Shown: positions 61,301 through 64,000 of the stretch, piece by piece
Numbering within the stretch: the stretch's first letter is position 1
Layout of the letters: each line of letters starts with the position of its first letter
NCBI RefSeq assembly: GCF_032062105.1
Contig: NW_026922202.1
Coordinates: forward strand, 1-64,000
Source: Saccostrea cucullata
Lineage: Eukaryota
Direction: 5' to 3'
Length of the DNA stretch: 64,000 nucleotides
Translations under genes and position numbers: made by a program
The notes under the pieces: model-generated
Databases searched by the model: none
What the model saw: only the letters and a program-made list of their open reading frames with translations
Told to the model about the DNA's origin: nothing

Positions 61301-63296
61301 TAGTTTTTGTTGTAGATCCTTTGGTGAAACACTGTCAACTTTACATTTTGCAAGGAGAGCAAAAATGATTAAAAACAAGGTAAAACTTGTAGAGTCTCAA
61401 ATTCCCCATGTGATATTCAAACTTTTTAACCAAATATAAAAGGGCCCTGATATAAGAGAATATCCCTGTTCTATAGTGTATGTATAGCAGTCAAATTATT
61501 GCATATGAGTGAGACGAAGAAAGAGCCAAAGTACAAGCATATTTTACATGAAGTCATACACATGTAGTAATGTGCTTGTATGAAGAGGACTTACAGTATT
61601 TGTTTAATTTTTTCCCCTTCATAGGCTGTTGTGAATGAGGACACTCAGGGAAATGTCATTTCTTTACAACAAGAAATCAAGCGTCTCAAAGAACAACTTG
61701 CTGCTTTCATGAACGGAAATCCTACTACTCAGGTGATGTCCACAGGTAAGACCCTCTAAAAACTAATCTAGGAATTTTATCATTCACACAGTGAAATTAT
61801 CAACTGATTTTGGAAGAATTTCTTTTTTGTATGCATACATGTATTAAATATATATGTACATGATACAGTTGCACATACATGTATTTTAACATTTATTTAA
61901 CATTTATTTAACAATAATACTGAAACAGATCTGCAAAACACGATAAAGAAGCTTAATATATTGACATGTTAGCAGGATTTTAGGACATGCCTAGAGCAAA
62001 TGCTATGTGTAAAGATATAAAGCTGGAGTAAACTGTATATTTCAAGTACATGTAATAGTAAATGTTATACATTCAAATTTTAGCAGCAACACCAGCAGCA
62101 CCTAGCTCTATAACAGATTCTGAATGGAGAGAGAGGTTTGTCAGGAGTATGCTATTTAGAGAGAAGGCTGATCAACAGAATCAGGTTAGTAAATCTTGTT
62201 GTCACTAAAAAATAATAGCTTGGTCCCATTTACTCTTACATGTAAGTGTTGGTACATGTAGAGTCTCAAGGAATTGGTGTACATGTAAATTTCTCCATTA
62301 TATCTGTTTTGATTGGATACTTTATGTAATTTTCCTCATCTTGAGCTTGCACATATCTTTCAAGCTAGTCTGAAAATAATTTTGGTATAAAAATGGTAAA
62401 AAAAAGTGTGTACCCAGTAGTCACAAAATATTAATAAAATAAAAATATACCCTGGTTGTTGAATACAAGTACTTGAACAGTGTGTTAATGTGGATGATTT
62501 CAGATTTTACAAGAGAGGATAGAACAGCTACAGGATCTCTGTAATAAGAAGGACAAGTGTCTACAGAGCAGTAAGATGATCGTGAAGTTCCGGGACAACA
62601 ACATCTCACGCCTGGAGAAGATCGTGAAAGAGAAACACGACGTCCAGCCGGCCCTACAACAGACCATTGTATGAAGGGGTTCTGTGTAGTTTAATAATGC
62701 AGCAAGTTGTGGGATTATAACAATTTTCATGCCTATTGTTTTTAGACTGTTTGGTATAAACTGTCTATCTAAAACTAGGGATTAAATTTAAAGAATAAGG
62801 TCAAATGACAATGTAGGTTGAGATTAAGTTTCACTTGGTCATTTCAAATGTTTTGCATGTGGTTTTTATTACATAATGTGCTAAGAACAGATTAGAATTT
62901 TTTTATTCACATACAATTATCACATTGTTAGATTGATTTTTATACAAATTTAAGTCTTATGTTGATATATACTTTCTTTAAATTGTGTATAATTAGCTAA
63001 AGAACTTATGCATATACATGTACACATATTTCTAAACTTTGCAGATACCGAGTTAATAAAAAAAAAATTGAAACATTTTTTTTTTACTCAACAGGAAGAC
63101 CTGAGGGCAGAGATAGAGACCTTAAAATATCAAATAGAACACAATCCAAAGATCACCAAGTATGCAGCAGATATACAGCATCTAAAGAATGAACTGAAGC
63201 TGGCCAGGTCCGAGAGAGCGGACTCACAGCAACTGGACAACAAGAAGATGGAGGAGTTAGAACAGCTGTATAGAAAACTAGTGGAGGAACAGAGAG
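55327..63296 (+). CDS. KIF15: Kinesin-12 KIF15, partial (continues beyond the window; start exon uncertain, candidate ~54429-54456); exons 55327-55348, 55594-55772, 56100-56176, [P-loop exon not intact], 56909-57009, 57224-57394, 57610-57711, 58066-58176, 58525-58650, 59811-59869, 61316-61379, 61625-61745, 62084-62184, 62504-62668, 63095-63296
   Basis: [112 protein letters not shown]. Confidence 0.9.
56632..56721. repeat. Short hairpin/MITE-like inverted repeat
   Basis: CATCGTCAGAAACCCACAGCCAATCT vs AGATTGGCCGTGGGTTTCAAACGATG. Confidence 0.6.
58870..59744. mobile_element. Non-autonomous TIR element with CA..TG ends and a 7-bp TSD
   Basis: TIR CATACATGTTAAC / GTTAACATGTATG; TSD CATTTGG at 58863-58869 and 59745-59751. 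Confidence 0.75.
60115..61303 (+). repeat. Helentron-type element with a ~146-bp satellite-like array (~7 units)
   Basis: Palindrome CCCCCCGCAAAC..GTTTGGGGGG, (GTCC/GTCT)n, then unit TCATGACCTTGACCCAAGGTCATTTGGGGAAGTTCAAGGTCACTGG repeating every ~146 bp. Confidence 0.9.
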
Positions 63297-63475
63297 GTCA
63301 GGGGCTGTATTTTATTAATTTTTGACCAAGGCCATAGGATATCTTACACACAGACAATGACAGACAGATGGACAAACACTATTTAATACCCACCATTTTC
63401 AATAAAAGTTGGGAACAAAATATCATTAAAGGGAGAAATATTTAGTTTCTTGAGAATTAAAGCAAGGCTTAATAT

Positions 63476-64000
63476 TAGGGATGTCAACGAATAATCGAGT
63501 ACTCGACTATCGTTCGATCATACCGACTATCGACTAAAATTTCTTTAGTCGGTTATTCGTTAAATGTGTGTTTCATCAAAGTAATTTTGAATTCAAGGCA
63601 ATAAACTTATATTTGCTCATTTTATTTATTTACAGATCAATATTTTCATATGTAAAATTAAGAGTATGGTGTAACTGTTCAAAGGAAATTATTTTTACGT
63701 CGATTTATGTTCGGCAAACATGTCTTCAAAATCTAAAGTTTTGGTATACCGGTAGATTAAAACACGTAAACAGTGTTATCAAGGTTATGTGAAACAGAAC
63801 TTGTATTCTGCAGTGTAACATCAAACATAATGTATCATATACCGAATCAGTCAAATATATAAACAGTCTTCAAGTGAAACTTTCCTAGAGTAAAGTTCTC
63901 CGAAAAAATTACCAAAAAAGCAGATTGGGAAAGAAAATCAAACATGTTTATTAATTATTAATGATTGCCTACCTCTTACCGTTTTAAATGGGCATTTGTT
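63476..64000. mobile_element. Probable left end of a hAT-like non-autonomous element
   Basis: TAGGGATGTCAACGAATAATCGAGTACTCGACTATCG terminus with short subterminal repeats; other end not in the window. Confidence 0.4.

Noticed and set aside
60368-61303. Repetitive ORFs (136 aa, 99 aa)
   Set aside because: Translations of the 146-bp satellite; unit length is not a multiple of three

Overview
AT-rich, intron-containing animal genomic DNA. The repeat families (Helentron-type elements carrying satellite arrays, a tRNA-derived SINE, MITEs) suggest an oyster or other bivalve; this is inference. From left to right: a repeat-rich region with a duplicated NF-kB/STAT-site module and a young LINE with intact ORF2; an intronless IkB gene (-); a 183-aa RHIM + death-domain adaptor (-); a TFAM-like gene with three apparent HMG boxes (+); a 10-exon RIPK-type kinase gene with no death domain of its own (-); NUDCD1 (+); a DUF218/YdcF-like gene (-); and KIF15 (+, runs off the window). 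The main discovery is the adaptor. It begins MEED/AAPC..IETD/ARPG, two tandem caspase-8-type sites that would each expose an IAP-binding motif, which matches the architecture of insect IMD. It has its own kB/ISRE-bearing promoter and lies on the same strand about 10 kb downstream of the RIPK kinase. An in-phase GTAAGT donor in the kinase could splice the two into a complete RIPK1-like kinase-RHIM-DD protein. Together with the adjacent IkB this looks like a clustered, kB-regulated 'split RIPK1 / IMD / IkB' immune locus. Scrambled exons in NUDCD1 and KIF15 suggest local assembly problems at about 49-56.5 kb. All exon models were read by eye and need transcript confirmation.
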